64,000 nt of DNA, from NCBI GenBank assembly GCA_964106645.2, contig OZ067049.1; one strand, 5' to 3'. Shown here one piece after another: positions 1-12,516 of the stretch. This DNA is from Podarcis pityusensis. Its lineage: Eukaryota. Numbering within the stretch: the first letter of the stretch is position 1; each line of letters starts with the position of its first letter. Below the pieces are notes generated by a model. The model was given only the letters and a program-made list of their open reading frames with translations, was not told where the DNA came from and did not search any database. A program made the position numbers and the translations under genes.

Positions 1-716
1 GTCAAAGCTGTCAGCTGAAATATCTACAGGGCTGTCGAGGGACCCTGGCAGACTGGGGGAGACTGCGTCGGAGAGCTGTAGGCAGGAATCTGCGGAGAAA
101 ACGCTGAAGTCCTGTAAAGAAGGCACCTCCAGGGCCTCAGGACTGTCATTGTTCAGGCCAGCTGCACAGTTCTGGGCCATTGTTGACAGGCAGTTGGGAA
201 CAGTGGGTGACTGATGCTGAAAATGTTTCAGATTTTTCTCATTGCTCGTTAAAGGCGAAACTGGGAAACTTTGGGACTCTCCATTGTGGACAGTGACAGC
301 CTGCTGTTGCGCTAGTGCATTCTGCTGAAAAGTATAGCCTTCCCTTTCCGAAAGCGCGCCTGAGACATTGTTGAGGGCTTGCTCGAAGAGGGATTTCTCC
401 TCCTCCTCCTCCTCTTCCTCCTCCTCCTCGTCGTCTTCTGCTTTCTCGGGATCCTCCAAGCCTTTGAATTTCCCTTCGCTGTTCTGGTTCTCCTTGCACT
501 GGGTCTGCCTCTTGTGCTTCATCCTCCTGTTCTGAAACCACACCTTGACTTGCCTCTCGGTCAGGTCCAGGAGAGCGGCGATCTCCACCCGCCTCGGTCT
601 GCAGAGGTACTTGTTGAAATGGAATTCCTTCTCCAGCTCCAAGAGCTGCGTGTTGGTATAAGCAGTCCTCAGCCTCCTGGAGCCCCCGGTCCCATTTTCG
701 GAAATCTCCAGAGATT
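1..716 (-). CDS. HOXA2: HOXA2 coding exon 2 (homeodomain; C-terminus runs off the window)
   Basis: Acceptor gcAG at 718-717. Manual translation: (E)[78 protein letters not shown]...[11 protein letters not shown] at position 1. This is a group-2 homeodomain with the HOXA2 C-terminus. Confidence 0.97.
140..375 (-). promoter_or_regulatory. Exonic HOXA2 rhombomere-2 enhancer region (Sox ACAAT motifs)
   Basis: Four ACAATG Sox-type motifs on the minus strand at 147-152, 178-183, 282-287 and 366-371, inside coding exon 2. An r2 enhancer with ACAAT motifs is established in Hoxa2 exon 2. Confidence 0.6.
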
Positions 717-1069
717 CTGCTTCAAAGGAGACAACAACAATCACCATTAGAAAGAGAGATATGAAAGGGAGGGAAAGAGAGAGAGAGAGAGGAGGGAGAA
801 TGTCTTATTTTAGGATTTTGAACATCCAAGCCTGGTGGGGGGAAATGAGCTAGTTGAAGCTGGGGGGGGGGGTTCTTTCTCTCTCTCTTAAAGCATTAAA
901 ATTTCAACTGCAACAAAATGGCCGCCCATGAATGCAGTAAATCCATTGTGTTTGCACTCCTGTGAGCCCGGTCTCTTGGACCCACTTTTGCTTCTCCCCC
1001 CACCCTCCTCGCTTAGCTCCAGGAACTTGATTTGCCTCCATCTCCCCAACCTGCCCATACCCGAGCAAA

Positions 1070-1220
1070 CTTTGATATTAGCCATACAACAATTTATAAT
1101 TAATGCATCAGCTGCTTAGCTGAGCAAGAGCAATCTATCACTCTTCATTACTGTCAAATATCCCAACTCTAGGACAGCGAGACAAGAGGAGGGTCACCTC
1201 CAACTCAAATAAATCACCCC
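1070..1220 (-). promoter_or_regulatory. HOXA2 intronic r4 enhancer (Hox/Pbx + Prep/Meis sites)
   Basis: Minus strand: TGATTTAT (1209-1216), TGACAG (1151-1156), TGATAGAT (1133-1140) and TGATGCAT (1103-1110), clustered in the intron where the Hoxa2 r4 enhancer is established. Confidence 0.7.
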
Positions 1221-1489
1221 ACGCTAAACAAGTTAGGGGAGGGAAAAAAGAAGAAACTTTGTTTGGGGTGGGGGGATTTGGGGGTGTCGGCGGGGTTGGT
1301 TTCTGAGGAATCTGCCTGTGGATCCCCCACCAGACCTCCAGCGAACCCGGATTGGAGTGCCGTAAGTTAGGGAGGCACCCATCCAAGCGAGAGGGAGTGG
1401 GAGAGGAGAAAAGGAGATTATATGGAGATAGAGAGAGAGATCTCTGAGTCCCAGGAAGGCTGAAGGTGCAGCAAAGTCTTTGAACTGAC

Positions 1490-1865
1490 CTTTGTGGCTC
1501 AGGCAGGCTGGTCCAGTGGCGGAGGCCGAAGGAGGCGGCAGGACAGTTTTCTTGGAGGCTTTTTTCTCCTTCATCCAGGGGTATTCCGGAGGCTGGAGGG
1601 CGCCGGCTGGCACTGGGCTGCCGCTGCTGGCATTGGGGCTGTGCTTGGGGCGGCTGCTGCTGCTGTGGCGAGGGTGGCTGCCTGGGTTCAGGCTGGGGAT
1701 GGTCTGCTCAAAAGGAGGAGGAATCAGTGTCGAGTGTGAAAGCGTCGAGTTCTTGATTGATGAACTTTGAAATGTATCACCGACAGGGGGAAAAGATGTC
1801 AGGCACTCAGCGAGCGATGGCTGACTATTGATAAAACCAATCTCTCGCTCAAATTCGAAATTCAT
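1490..1865 (-). CDS. HOXA2: HOXA2 coding exon 1
   Basis: ATG at 1865: [38 protein letters not shown]...[11 protein letters not shown]...CLSHK. Donor G|GTCAGT at 1489. Length 376 nt, phase 1, in frame with exon 2. Confidence 0.97.
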
Positions 1866-4229
1866 GGCCTTCAACTCGCAGCCCCCTTGGAGAAAAAGTT
1901 CCCTCTTATTTAGCGCTTCTGGGAGGGGGAGGGGGGAGCAAGGCCCAGGAAAAGGGGGGGGAGGGGAAAAAAACCGAGAGAGAGGGAGAGAGAGAAAGGA
2001 AGAGGGAGAGAGAGAGAAAAGGGAAAAAAATATCATAGNNNNNNNNNNNNNNNNNNNNNNNNNNNNNNNNNNNNNNNNNNNNNNNNNNNNNNNNNNNNNN
2101 NNNNNNNNNNNNNNNNNNNNNNNNNNNNNNNNNNNNNNNNNNNNNNNNNNNNNNNNNNNNNNNNNNNNNNNNNNNNNNNNNNNNNNNNNNNNNNNNNNNN
2201 NNNNNNNNNNNNNNNNNNNNNNNNNNNNNNNNNNNNNNNNNNNNNNNNNNNNNNNNNNNNNNNNNNNNNNNNNNTTATACTTTTTAAAAGGGGGGAAAGG
2301 GTATCTCCGCCGCGCGCTCTCTTGCTCGCTCTCCCCCTTTTGCCTCCTANNNNNNNNNNNNNNNNNNNNNNNNNNNNNNNNNNNNNNNNNNNNNNNNNNN
2401 NNNNNNNNNNNNNNNNNNNNNNNNNNNNNNNNNNNNNNNNNNNNNNNNNNNNNNNNNNNNNNNNNNNNNNNNNNNNNNNNNNNNNNTTGGCCGGGGAGGC
2501 TCCTTTGCCCCGCTTGCCTCCCCTCCGCACACTCCCCCTTCTCATTGTTTGGGACTGTCAAGCAAGCGCCTTGCACCTCGCAAATCACGGGCGCACCTCT
2601 ATCGGACGCCCTGAGTCATTAACGAAGTCATCCATTAATCTCCAAAGTTGTGACACCGCGGGCCCCCAACATCTCCACCGCAGCACAAAAAGTTCCACCC
2701 GGCCAGGGGATGCCAAGGAAGGGAGTCTTTGCTTATATTTGATTTGGGTTTGTTTCCCCCCCCTCCCCCCGCCCCCCCATCTCCAACAAAACCCGGACCC
2801 AACTCCGTGCTGAGGACTAACCACTTCCTTAAGAAAAAATTAAAGGACGGCAAGGTTGGGGTTTCCTCCCCCTCGATCACGACCTGGCATCCTTTCCCCC
2901 CGCAATTCTCTCCCCGTTTCAGCTGAGGGTACAGTATGGAGAACAATTGGCCGCCGGTCCCTGCCTCCATCCATTGTGTCGAAGGAATTTCTCCAGCAGC
3001 TTCGCTCCTAGGGGAAGAGTAAGAGCACGCAGGCTGGTGGGTCGCTACTTTCTCCCCGCAGTTGTCTTGACAGAAGCGGACGATTCAGAGGAGATACAGA
3101 TTTCCATTAGACCCTGGGACTGTAAACACAGGTTCCGATCAAAAGAGGAAAGAAAAGCGGGGAGGGTGTCACAAAACAACATCCAGAGCATTCACACAAA
3201 CGACACTGGGATCAGCTGACGCATTTTCTTTCCGTAGCCCCAATAAAATGGGGTCCGGCGAGTATTTCCCCCCCTCTCGATTCCAGTGAAATATGTCAAA
3301 AGTCAATGTCAGGGATTTAAAAAAAACGAAACAAAACCACAATAAGGCTGCAGATTAAACCAAAGAGCTCTAAGGACTGTGGAACTGACTATCCGTTTCT
3401 GCCCTTACCATCTTGTTTTGGAGCGCACGGTTTATTCGATTTGCTCATTCATTCCGCGATGCCGATGGTTTGGACAGGATAGCTCTTCAATCGCCTCAAT
3501 TACTATTATTATTATCATTTTTTTATAAAAAAAAAAAGGTAAATGAGGGGAGGGGTGGACAGAGCTGGAGGAGAGAAGAAGATCCAGAAGGACACGGTGG
3601 GAACGAGGCGAAGGTTTCCTCTTCTTCAAAGCAAACCAGGAAAAAGGCCGCGCATCCTCCGGTTTTTTTTGGAAGAGGGCTTTCTGCAAGGCGAGAGGGG
3701 TGGGATGGAAGAGCTCTCTTTCTATATTTATACATTCCAGTGAAGCCCGAAAGTGCTCCATCCGCTACCTCGAGTCCTTGTTAGATTTCAGAGCAGAATC
3801 CTGAGCAGAGCTTGGAAGCGCTTAAAACAATAAACTGACCATTACATCTTCAGGTGGAGTGAAGCTAAGCAAAAAAATAAAGAGAGAGAGAATGTTTTTA
3901 AAGGTGATTTTTTTTAAGCAAAAAAGCAGCAAAACCCCCTTTTAATTTCAAGCAAATAAACTCCCACAATATGGATCAGGGGCTGAGGAAGGGTGGGGGA
4001 GGGGCCGAGATATTGCAATAATTTGTTCACATTTTTAAAAAAAAATGTAGATTGGGGTTGCTATTTAATGCATCTTTGACAGGAAAGGAAGGAAGGAGGG
4101 AGGGGAGGGAGGGAGGATGGAAAAGGGTGCCTTACAAATATACATGCTGTTGGAAGATGTAGGCTGGGTTTCTTTCCTCTCTCTCTCTCTCTCTCTCTCT
4201 TTTTAATTTTCTTGCTTTTACTCCAAACA

Positions 4230-4720
4230 AAGATCCGCTGAAGCCTGCGCACGATCAATCTTCCCGGGCCAAACGCTTTGACAGCTTCTGGCCTTTAAGA
4301 ACACATTTGAAGCTTCTTGCTCTTTCCCAGATCAAATGTGGCTGAGAAAAGAAGGGGGGAAAGAGAGAGAGAGCAAGAAACGCGAATAAACAAGGAAAAA
4401 GAGGACGGCGAGGCTGATTCTGCTCCACAAATGGATTTTATTTTCCTGTATTAAGGGTGGGGATCTTGCTCTTTTTCGCATTACCCTGAAAGACAGCTCC
4501 GATCCTGGGGTTTTGTTTTTTTGTTTTTTAAATCTTCCCCCCCACCTCCTACAGAATATAGGTGCTAGAAGTGAAATGGGTGGGAAGGTTTGTTCGAGGA
4601 CCCGCTAGGAGGAAAGGCGAACGTGGGAGAAGGCTGGGGCAGTTGGGTCCAGGAAGGCTTTGTGAGTCAAATCGGCGTGGGAGGGTTAGGGCCAGCATTT
4701 TGGGGTGGGAAGCCTAATAG
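4230..4720 (-). promoter_or_regulatory. HOXA2 r3/r5 (and neural crest) enhancer region
   Basis: Krox20/EGR2 site GCGTGGGAG at 4675-4683 next to a BoxA-like ACAAAGCC (4656-4663, minus), about 2.8 kb upstream of the HOXA2 ATG. Boundaries are approximate. Confidence 0.65.
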
Positions 4721-6886
4721 AAAAAACACCTGGAACAAAGAGGCTGGCCAACAAAAAAACCCCATGTCCTCCACTCAAAACCCTCTGCAAAACCAAAACA
4801 ACAACAACAGCAAAATTTATGTTTCTCTAAATGAAATCCGAACAGTATGTGATACAGTCGAGGGAGTGCAGGGAGAAAATTTAGGTGACCCCTTTCCTGT
4901 AAAAAAAAAAAAAATTCACGAGGAGAAAATATATGCTTTTTGACTTCCCCTTCCCAGAAAATTGTCTTAAAAGGTTGGTTTTCAATACTCAAACAGTCAG
5001 CTATTCGCCACTGATATAAGGCATCATCTCTCAAATTAATTTTGAACAGGAGAATATCCACCACGATCCATTTTCGCTTCATCTTCCTCCAAATGCTGCA
5101 TTCCGGAGCTCCAATTTGGGAGTTTTCCCCCCCATTATAAGACTCTTTAAAAACAGATTAATGAGTTTTAAAAGGCTGGGTGCAGCATTTCTGCAGTCTG
5201 GAGCGCGTCGCTGTAAGTATATATGGGACTTGCCTAACTCAAGCTATAATAAGGTTTGTATGGATGGCAAAATAATAATACAGAGTTACGTTTCTTTGCA
5301 TTGTAGTTAGCTACGCCTTGTGTTTATTTTTTTATATTGGGGGTAGCAATGTTATTGGGACAAGAAATCAGGAAGATTCTTAAGACTGTGAAAAAGAGAA
5401 GAGATGAATAATATTTCTACCAAGGTGACCAACATGGCGACAATCTCCTTCAGATTGAAATAACAGATGCTGAGTGTAGAATAGTTTCCCTCTAAATGCA
5501 CTATTGTGTATACCGGTGTTCTTAGAATCCCAAACCCAATTGCTACAACAAATAAGCCCCACCGCTTTAAATTATCTGTTTACTGTTTGGATTTATTATA
5601 ACTCGTTTATTAGCGCAGATCCATGCATGACGGTCTTCGAGACCAATTTGCTATGGATATATCAAAAGGTATTTCGGAAAGAAAGGATTTCATTTATTTT
5701 ATTTCCCCTCCCCCTCCCCCAATAGAAGATTTACATTCGATTGCCTCACCTCGCCCACCCAATCTAGAAAAGATGTGGGTGGGGGTGCAGGATGGGAAAG
5801 GACGCTCGATTAACAAGTCGTGCGAAGATTATTAAAGCCCTTCAATTTCTAAGACCGCAGATGAGCAGCTCAGTACGTGGAGAAGACCATAAGGAACAAA
5901 CTCTCTCTTTCAACCCCGGGGATGGGCCAGATCGCTTGGCAAACAGGCCTGATTTATTATTGCTGAATCTGTCCCTTCATTATTAGGGTGATGAATTGTA
6001 TTTTGCCTGTAAACAAATGTGCTTTTGAATTCGTGCCATATCAAACATGAGTCTAACTACATGAGTCTTCGTTTTTTTAGCCTTAAGTTTATTTAATTTC
6101 GCCTCTTTTTCTTCTCTCCAAATCCCCACCCCTTCCTTTCCTTTTTAAAAAAAAATATTTCCCCCATCATTCAGCATAAACAGTCGCTGAATTGTCCGTT
6201 TTGGTTCCCGAGAGGAGCTTTTAAGTGTGGGAGTAGCGAGCTGCCGATCGGCTCAAAGGTCCCCAGTGCGGAGGCGAGGAGAGCCTTTTCTCCCATTAGG
6301 AACGGCTGGCTTCCTCCAGCAGAGAGTGGACCCAATATGGCGAGAGGGAGAACAGCCTGCAAGCGGGACCCAGCTCATCCTGCGGCCTCAGGAGAAGATT
6401 CCCTTCTGCAGAGGCGACGCAGCCACCTGAGCTTGATTTACAGCATATCGCTCCAGACATGAGGGACACAGTTTCTCTTCCCCACCTCCACCCCTTCCTC
6501 CGCTTCCCTTCGACCACAATGAATGCAACAAAAAACGAGCAAGCTGCCACAGCTACCTATGGGCTGCGTTTATGAAAAACGTCTGGAGAACTGCAGTCCT
6601 CAAGCTATGGTCGGAAAGGGCGGATCTTTTTCCATCTTGGATATTTTCAATGCTCCATTTCTCCCTACTGTTGTTGTTTTTTGAGGAGTGGGGAGACAAA
6701 AATGTGTAAGGCTTCTAAGCCTTGAAAGCTCAGAGAAACAGAGAAGACCTGAAGGTTGGATATCGGAGATTTATGTATTTAAAAGCTCCAAGGGCGTCAG
6801 TCCTTGTTCTCTTTCTCTCTCGCTTTTTTCCCCCTTTCTAAAATCAAATGATCATATCTTAAGTCTGTATTATTCAGAATAAAAAC

Positions 6887-6892
6887 TTTATT
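6887..6892 (-). terminator. HOXA3 polyadenylation signal
   Basis: AATAAA on the minus strand about 930 nt after the HOXA3 stop, at the end of an AU-rich 3' UTR. Confidence 0.55.
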
Positions 6893-7491
6893 TTTTTTTC
6901 CAGAATGTGAGCAGCAAGGAATGTATAACTTTCAAAACAAAATCTAGCTTTGTGTTGTTCTCGTTCAGGTTTACACATTTCCCTTTAGTTCGATGTTAAC
7001 AGGCACCCGTTCCTGTTCCTGTGGTGGCCTGCTGTTTATTTTTCAGATTTTATTGCATTTTTTTTTCCTTCTTCTTTTTAAATAAAGGAGTTTAAGTTCC
7101 CCCTTCCAAATGATATTTCCTATGTATGTCATTTAACATACAGCCAGGTAAATATCTCCTGAATATTCAGGGTACAGAAGTTTATTTTTTTTAATATATT
7201 TATATATATAAATATGAACAGATGGGGATAAATAAAAAAATTTAAACACTTAGATTATTCAAAGTTTGCAAAAAAATATAAATAAATCTGAAAGTTCACC
7301 AGCATACACACGTTGAAAGACGTACACGTATTAATAAGTTCGCTCAGGGAGCCCCTGTTCAAGCGCCTTTTTATTTCTTTCTCGCTATTTAAAAGAAGTG
7401 CAATTAAAATAAAAATGCTTCCCCGGTTGGGATCGATTATGTACGAACAAATTCACATTTAAGAACCATCTGTATAGAAAATTTGTTCATA

Positions 7492-7499
7492 TACCCTGT
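7492..7499 (-). promoter_or_regulatory. miR-10 8mer target site in HOXA3 3' UTR
   Basis: mRNA-sense ACAGGGTA, complementary to the miR-10 seed (UACCCUGU). HOXA3 is an established miR-10 target. Confidence 0.7.
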
Positions 7500-7817
7500 T
7501 TTGATAAAAGTGTTGAAGTTAAGAGTAGAAAGCCTATGTATACTCTCAAAGGGAGAACACAAGGCAAAGAGTTCAAGGAGATAAATATCCACTATTGAAA
7601 CTAGGGAGCAATTCAAGCAACAGATATTGCTACGTCACATAAACTAGAAAATGCTTCTTCTTTTTTTAACCAAAAGAAAAGAAAACAGAAGCAAAACAGA
7701 AAGGGCAGGGGGAGGAGTTTAAAGTATTTTTCTTTTCTTTTCCTTCTTTTTCCCTTTTTCTTTTTTTTTAAAAAAGGCTGGGGGACTTTTATGATCCACT
7801 AAGTAACTGATGGTATA

Positions 7818-8581
7818 TTACAGATGGGTCAGTTTGGGCGCTTCCTGAATTCTTCCCTGAGAAGGATGGTGAGAAGTAAGGTCTGTATATGTTGGGTGTG
7901 GGTCGCACGGTCCATGGTGATGATTGTTGCCCATTGGCCCACTGTAGTCCATGTTGGCAGAGGAAGGATGGGGGAGGTGAGTCAGACCAAAGATGGAAGG
8001 CCCAGAATTTGCCATGGTGTCCACATAATTGCCCCCAACATAGACGGGGCTTCCCTGTATATGTGGATTGCCATAGCCATTCCCTTGAAGAGGATGAGGG
8101 TCATATTCAGGAGTCACTGCTGCAGTTCCGGTATATCTCTTTTGTGGAGGTGGGCAGTTATTGAGAGGAGCCGGATATGACGTAGGGATGCCATAGGCGT
8201 TCTGATGAGGCTTGCTGAAGGATGGCGGTGACTGGGGTTCATATGGAACACTGTTTACTAGGGAATGCATAGAGTTCAGGTATCCTCCAGCAGCCGGAGG
8301 GACAGGACTTCTGCTGGGGGACTGTCCTCCTGAAGAGGTCATCATGCCTTTGCCCTTCTGATCCTTTTTGTATTTCATCCTGCGGTTTTGGAACCATATT
8401 TTGATCTGTCTTTCTGTGAGGTTGAGCAAGTTAGCCATCTCTACCCTTCTTGGCCTGCAAAGGTATCTATTGAAGTGAAACTCCTTTTCCAGTTCTACCA
8501 GCTGAGCACTTGTGTAAGCCGTTCGGGCTCTTTTAGAGGAAGCTTGCCCTGGGGGGCTTTTATCACCAGCACAACTCTCAC
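7818..8581 (-). CDS. HOXA3: HOXA3 second coding exon (homeodomain)
   Basis: Acceptor catAG at 8583-8582. (G)[75 protein letters not shown]...[15 protein letters not shown] at 7820-7818. Confidence 0.97.
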
Positions 8582-8689
8582 CTATGCAAATCACACAAAG
8601 AACAAAGTGAGTATGGGGGCACCTGAACACACAACAACCAGTAATCATCAATCAGCCTTGCCTGAGCTAGTACATTGCAGGGCCTAGTG

Positions 8690-8907
8690 CAGGGGTCAGC
8701 AACCTTTTTCAGCCGTGGGCCTGTCCACCATCTCTCAGACCATGTGGTGGGCCAGACTATGTTTTGAAAAAAAATTATGAACGAATTCCTATGCCCCACA
8801 AATAACCCAGAGATGCATTTTAAATAAAAGGACACCTTCTACTCATGTAAAAACACCCTGATTCCCCAACCGTCCGCAGGCCGGATTGAGAAGGTTGCCT
8901 ACCCCTG
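8690..8907. mobile_element. Non-autonomous hAT DNA transposon (MITE), 218 bp, in HOXA3 intron
   Basis: TIRs CAGGGGTCAGCAACCTT (8690-8706) and AAGGTTGCCTACCCCTG (8891-8907), 15/17 match. Perfect 8-bp TSD GCCTAGTG at 8682-8689 and 8908-8915. Confidence 0.9.
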
Positions 8908-9814
8908 GCCTAGTGGTAGCATTGTCTCCTCCACACATGAGGTTGTCTGCTGTGACCAAAGATATGCTCAAGTGACAGTCATTTACTGCACCAATATATG
9001 CAAATTGCCTGTATCTCTGTAGGATCAGAGATGCGGTCTTTGAAAACCACTAGAAATGCGTCTGACCAGAAACCATGCTTTCATGGGAAAGATAAACACC
9101 ATGGCAAATAAAGGTATGGATTTTGGGGTTACATGTTGTCAGCTCCCAAACCGCTAAAACAAAAGTTGTTTGCTATATGAATTGGATTACTCCCAAGTAA
9201 TTGAATGAAAGTCCAATTGAAGTGGTAGGTTGAATTATTTCTTTCATATGGAACTTTAGAGAAGAGAAAACTTGACTCTTTTAGAATCAACCGCAAAAGT
9301 CCCATTGACTTTGGTGGGGTCAGGATAATGCGGCTGACATTCAGAGAGGTCCAGAGAACTTCAAAAGGTATATTCCATTAAGTATAACAAGATAGGTATC
9401 TATGTCAATACGCCGAGAATCAGAATACAAAAAGCCAAAGACAAACATCCATACTCCATCCACTTCCTTCCCCAAATATAAAACCAGCCTGGCTGCCAGC
9501 TCCACACACCAGTGAAGAATTACTTGGCTTAAAGCCAGCTTGGACACACTCAAGTGAATGGAATGGATAGGAACACAGGGCCAGCTCTGTGACTGGGAAG
9601 GACAAAGGGGCCTGCTGTAGGCAGTGATTTTAGGGTACCATTAAAGGGCAGCAAAATGGTTAATTGTTCAATTCATTGTGCTGGTTTTTTACCACCATGG
9701 TGGGGTGGGAGTGGGGACACTTGGACATTTTCCAAAACGTATTCAGCCTTCGCTGAGTGCACAGTCCAAATAAGTGAAATATTTCTGAAGTCACATCAAA
9801 CTCCATGAGATTTT

Positions 9815-10115
9815 GGCTTTAATCCTATACCTTCTTACCCAGGAAAAGTCCCCATTGAACTCAGTGGGATTCCTCCTAGGTAGATAGATATAGGAATACA
9901 CTGTTAAGCAGAGTTCCTAAGCCCCACAGAATTCCAGGAATTTGCTTCCAAGTTTAGTATCAAGCCTACATTACATTCAGTTCTGTGGGACTGTCCTTCC
10001 AACAGTTGCACCTAGTGAGGTATGTCTGCAGTCCTCTGCATATTTACTAATAAGCAAGGCCTATTAAACTGAGAAGGGTTTACTTCCAGGTTGACATGTT
10101 TAGAATTAGGCTGCC
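9815..10115. mobile_element. Cluster of short palindromic interspersed repeats in HOXA3 intron
   Basis: TCCTATA (9823) ... CCCATTGAACTCAGTGGG (9851-9868) ... TATAGGA (9889), plus a second copy at 10027-10115. Similar to the copies at 42803 and 52917. Confidence 0.6.
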
Positions 10116-10664
10116 ACCCTTAGTACTTTGACTGCCCGGGGTTTATGGATCAGAGCCAGGGTCCTAGATGATATAATATGCATGTAGATAAATATACAGT
10201 TTAAACCACAGTACATATCAAATAATCAGGCTTGTCAGTGTTGATACACCACTGTAACAATATTAGAAATGCATCAAAGAAAACATTTGCAAAAATTTTA
10301 GAATCTATTTTCACAGCACAAGATAAACTGAGGAAGTAAGTGGTAAACAGGAGCCAAATGCCTGGGGAGACTGACGCTAATACTTTTCTCATCGATTTGG
10401 GTTTACTTATGTAATAGCACTGTTGATAAACACTATAATCCACCCATAATGTATTTATGGACCTGCCTGCAAAGTGCTAAAGAAACCTAAGCTTTGTTTA
10501 CCGTGCTTGTAAGGTTGCCAGTCTGTGCGCTAAAATCAAAAGAGGTTATGAATATCAAACAAAGCATTGATCTTGACTGCAGATAATGATGAGCTATTTT
10601 ATTCTCATTACACTTCAGCAGGGATAGGTCACTGTCTTGTGACTGTAGCACTGTGCCAAAAAAG

Positions 10665-10666
<2 letters not shown>

Positions 10667-10706
<40 letters not shown>
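10667..10706. repeat. (GA)n microsatellite
   Basis: Visible dinucleotide run. Confidence 0.95.
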
Positions 10707-10708
<2 letters not shown>

Positions 10709-10971
10709 CACACAGGTCTTGCCACTGGTTGAAGATAGGCCTGGACCTTTGTATCTGGACATGATTTAATAGAAGCAGAAAGAAGGAGGGGGCGGGTTGT
10801 CTATGGAATGCTGAGGACTCCGAGGTGCCTGTTACAGTCATCTCAAAGTCTGCAAAGAGAAGAGCTTGGAAGCTAAGCAACTTCACATTCTTTTGCAAGA
10901 GTTTAACAGAGGTCATGCAAAGCAACCAAACTTCAGGCGTCCTCCTCTTTCTGGAGATCAGCCTCTTTGGA

Positions 10972-11036
10972 TGTGTGTGTGTGCGTGCACACACACACAC
11001 ACGCACATGCACACACACACACACACACACACACAC
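10972..11036. repeat. (TG)n/(CA)n microsatellite
   Basis: Visible dinucleotide runs. Confidence 0.9.
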
Positions 11037-11591
11037 CATTACCTAAATATGTGCAAATGTAGCTGTATGTATGTATGCATTTGCATATCTATCTTTTGCT
11101 NNNNNNNNNNNNNNNNNNNNNNNNNNNNNNNNNNNNNNNNNNNNNNNNNNNNNNNNNNNNNNNNNNNNNNNNNNNNNNNNNNNNNNNNNNNNNNNNNNNN
11201 NNNNNNNNNNNNNNNNNNNNNNNNNNNNNNNNNNNNNNNNNNNNNNNNNNNNNNNNNNNNNNNNNNNNNNNNNNNNNNNNNNNNNNNNNNNNNNNNNNNN
11301 NNNNNNNNNNNNNNNNNNNNNNNNNNNNNNNNNNNNNNNNNNNNNNNNNNNNNNNNNNNNNNNNNNNNNNNNNNGATAAGGCAATTTTTCTGATCTCAAG
11401 CCATTGTGTGTGTTTCCAATTTCCAAGTGAAATAGCTGGGGAGTGGGGAATCTAAACCATTCCTGCCAGACTAATGAAACACCTAGAAGTCAAGGATCTG
11501 AATAACTTCTGCTTAACGGCTTGGTGGATGGGGCTGCCTGTAAGTACATCCGCTCGGTTAATCTCTACTAGCCCTCCTCCTTTTGCCATAC

Positions 11592-12087
11592 CTGAACTGG
11601 AGCCGCTGTTTTTCTGCTTGGTGTTTTGTCGAGACTCTTTCATCCAGGGGAATATTTGCTTGGACATGGTGGGCGAGTTCAAGATGGAGCTCTTGGTGGC
11701 GCTAGGCGGGGCGGAATTAGTGGTGGCATTCTGAGGTGGTGACACAGAGGGGGGTGGAGGTGGTGGTGCTTGCTGGGGGGCTGGAGGCTGCTGCTGAGGC
11801 TGCTCTGAAAGGACTGGGGGCTGGAGAGACTGGCTGGTGATGGTCCTCATACAACTCTCATTGATTTCATTGGCCTTGTGGTGGGACACGGTGGTGCTGC
11901 CGCCGCCGCCGCCTCCGGGGGACTGTAAAGAGCAGGCCGGTCGATGGTACTCCGTTTCCACCAGCGAGGAAGAAGGAGGCGGAGGAGGATATTGCTGCTG
12001 ACTAGCATTGTAAGCGAAACCATTTGCTCCTTGGTAAGGATAGCCGCCATAGATCGCAGAGCTGTCGTAGTAGGTCGCTTTTTGCAT
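11592..12087 (-). CDS. HOXA3: HOXA3 first coding exon
   Basis: ATG at 12087: [24 protein letters not shown]...[23 protein letters not shown]. Donor G|GTATGG at 11591. Length 496 nt, phase 1. Spliced protein is 419 aa. Confidence 0.97.
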
Positions 12088-12439
12088 TTCGTTGTTTCCC
12101 AATATTTATTTCACAAACTGACAGGGTCTTGACACCCTTAAAGAATAACATTGGCACCCCTCTGTCACGTGACGTTTTTCCTCCAATGGCCCGTCCTGGT
12201 AGACCTAGGGTGTAGGGAAAGCGCAGGAGAGTGAAGAAATAGTACAAATCCATCTTACTTTCAATAGCTAAGTGACATGAAAGCCATAACAGAAAAAGTG
12301 GTCAGCAATATTTAGCAGCATGACTTGGCCTGGAGGGCGAAGAGAATTTCGATAGTGGCTGGGATTTACTAGGCAGCCGGTACTGTGTGCTTTACTGCTC
12401 CGGGAGAGTGTAGTTTTCTAGGATTTTCATATCTATATT

Positions 12440-12462
12440 TGTGTGTGTGTGTATACACACAG

Positions 12463-12512
<50 letters not shown>
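12440..12512. repeat. Compound (TG)/(CA)/(GA) microsatellite
   Basis: Visible runs. Confidence 0.9.

Positions 12513-12516
<4 letters not shown>

Noticed and set aside
21-33. CCCTGTAGAT (miR-10-like) on minus strand
   Set aside because: Lies in HOXA2 codons (Ser-Pro-Val-Asp) with no hairpin. It is the same sense as the miRNA, so it is not a target either.
1233-2622. ORFs spanning N blocks (also at 11.1, 20.3, 45.6, 49.9 and 62.5 kb)
   Set aside because: Artefacts of translating through N runs.
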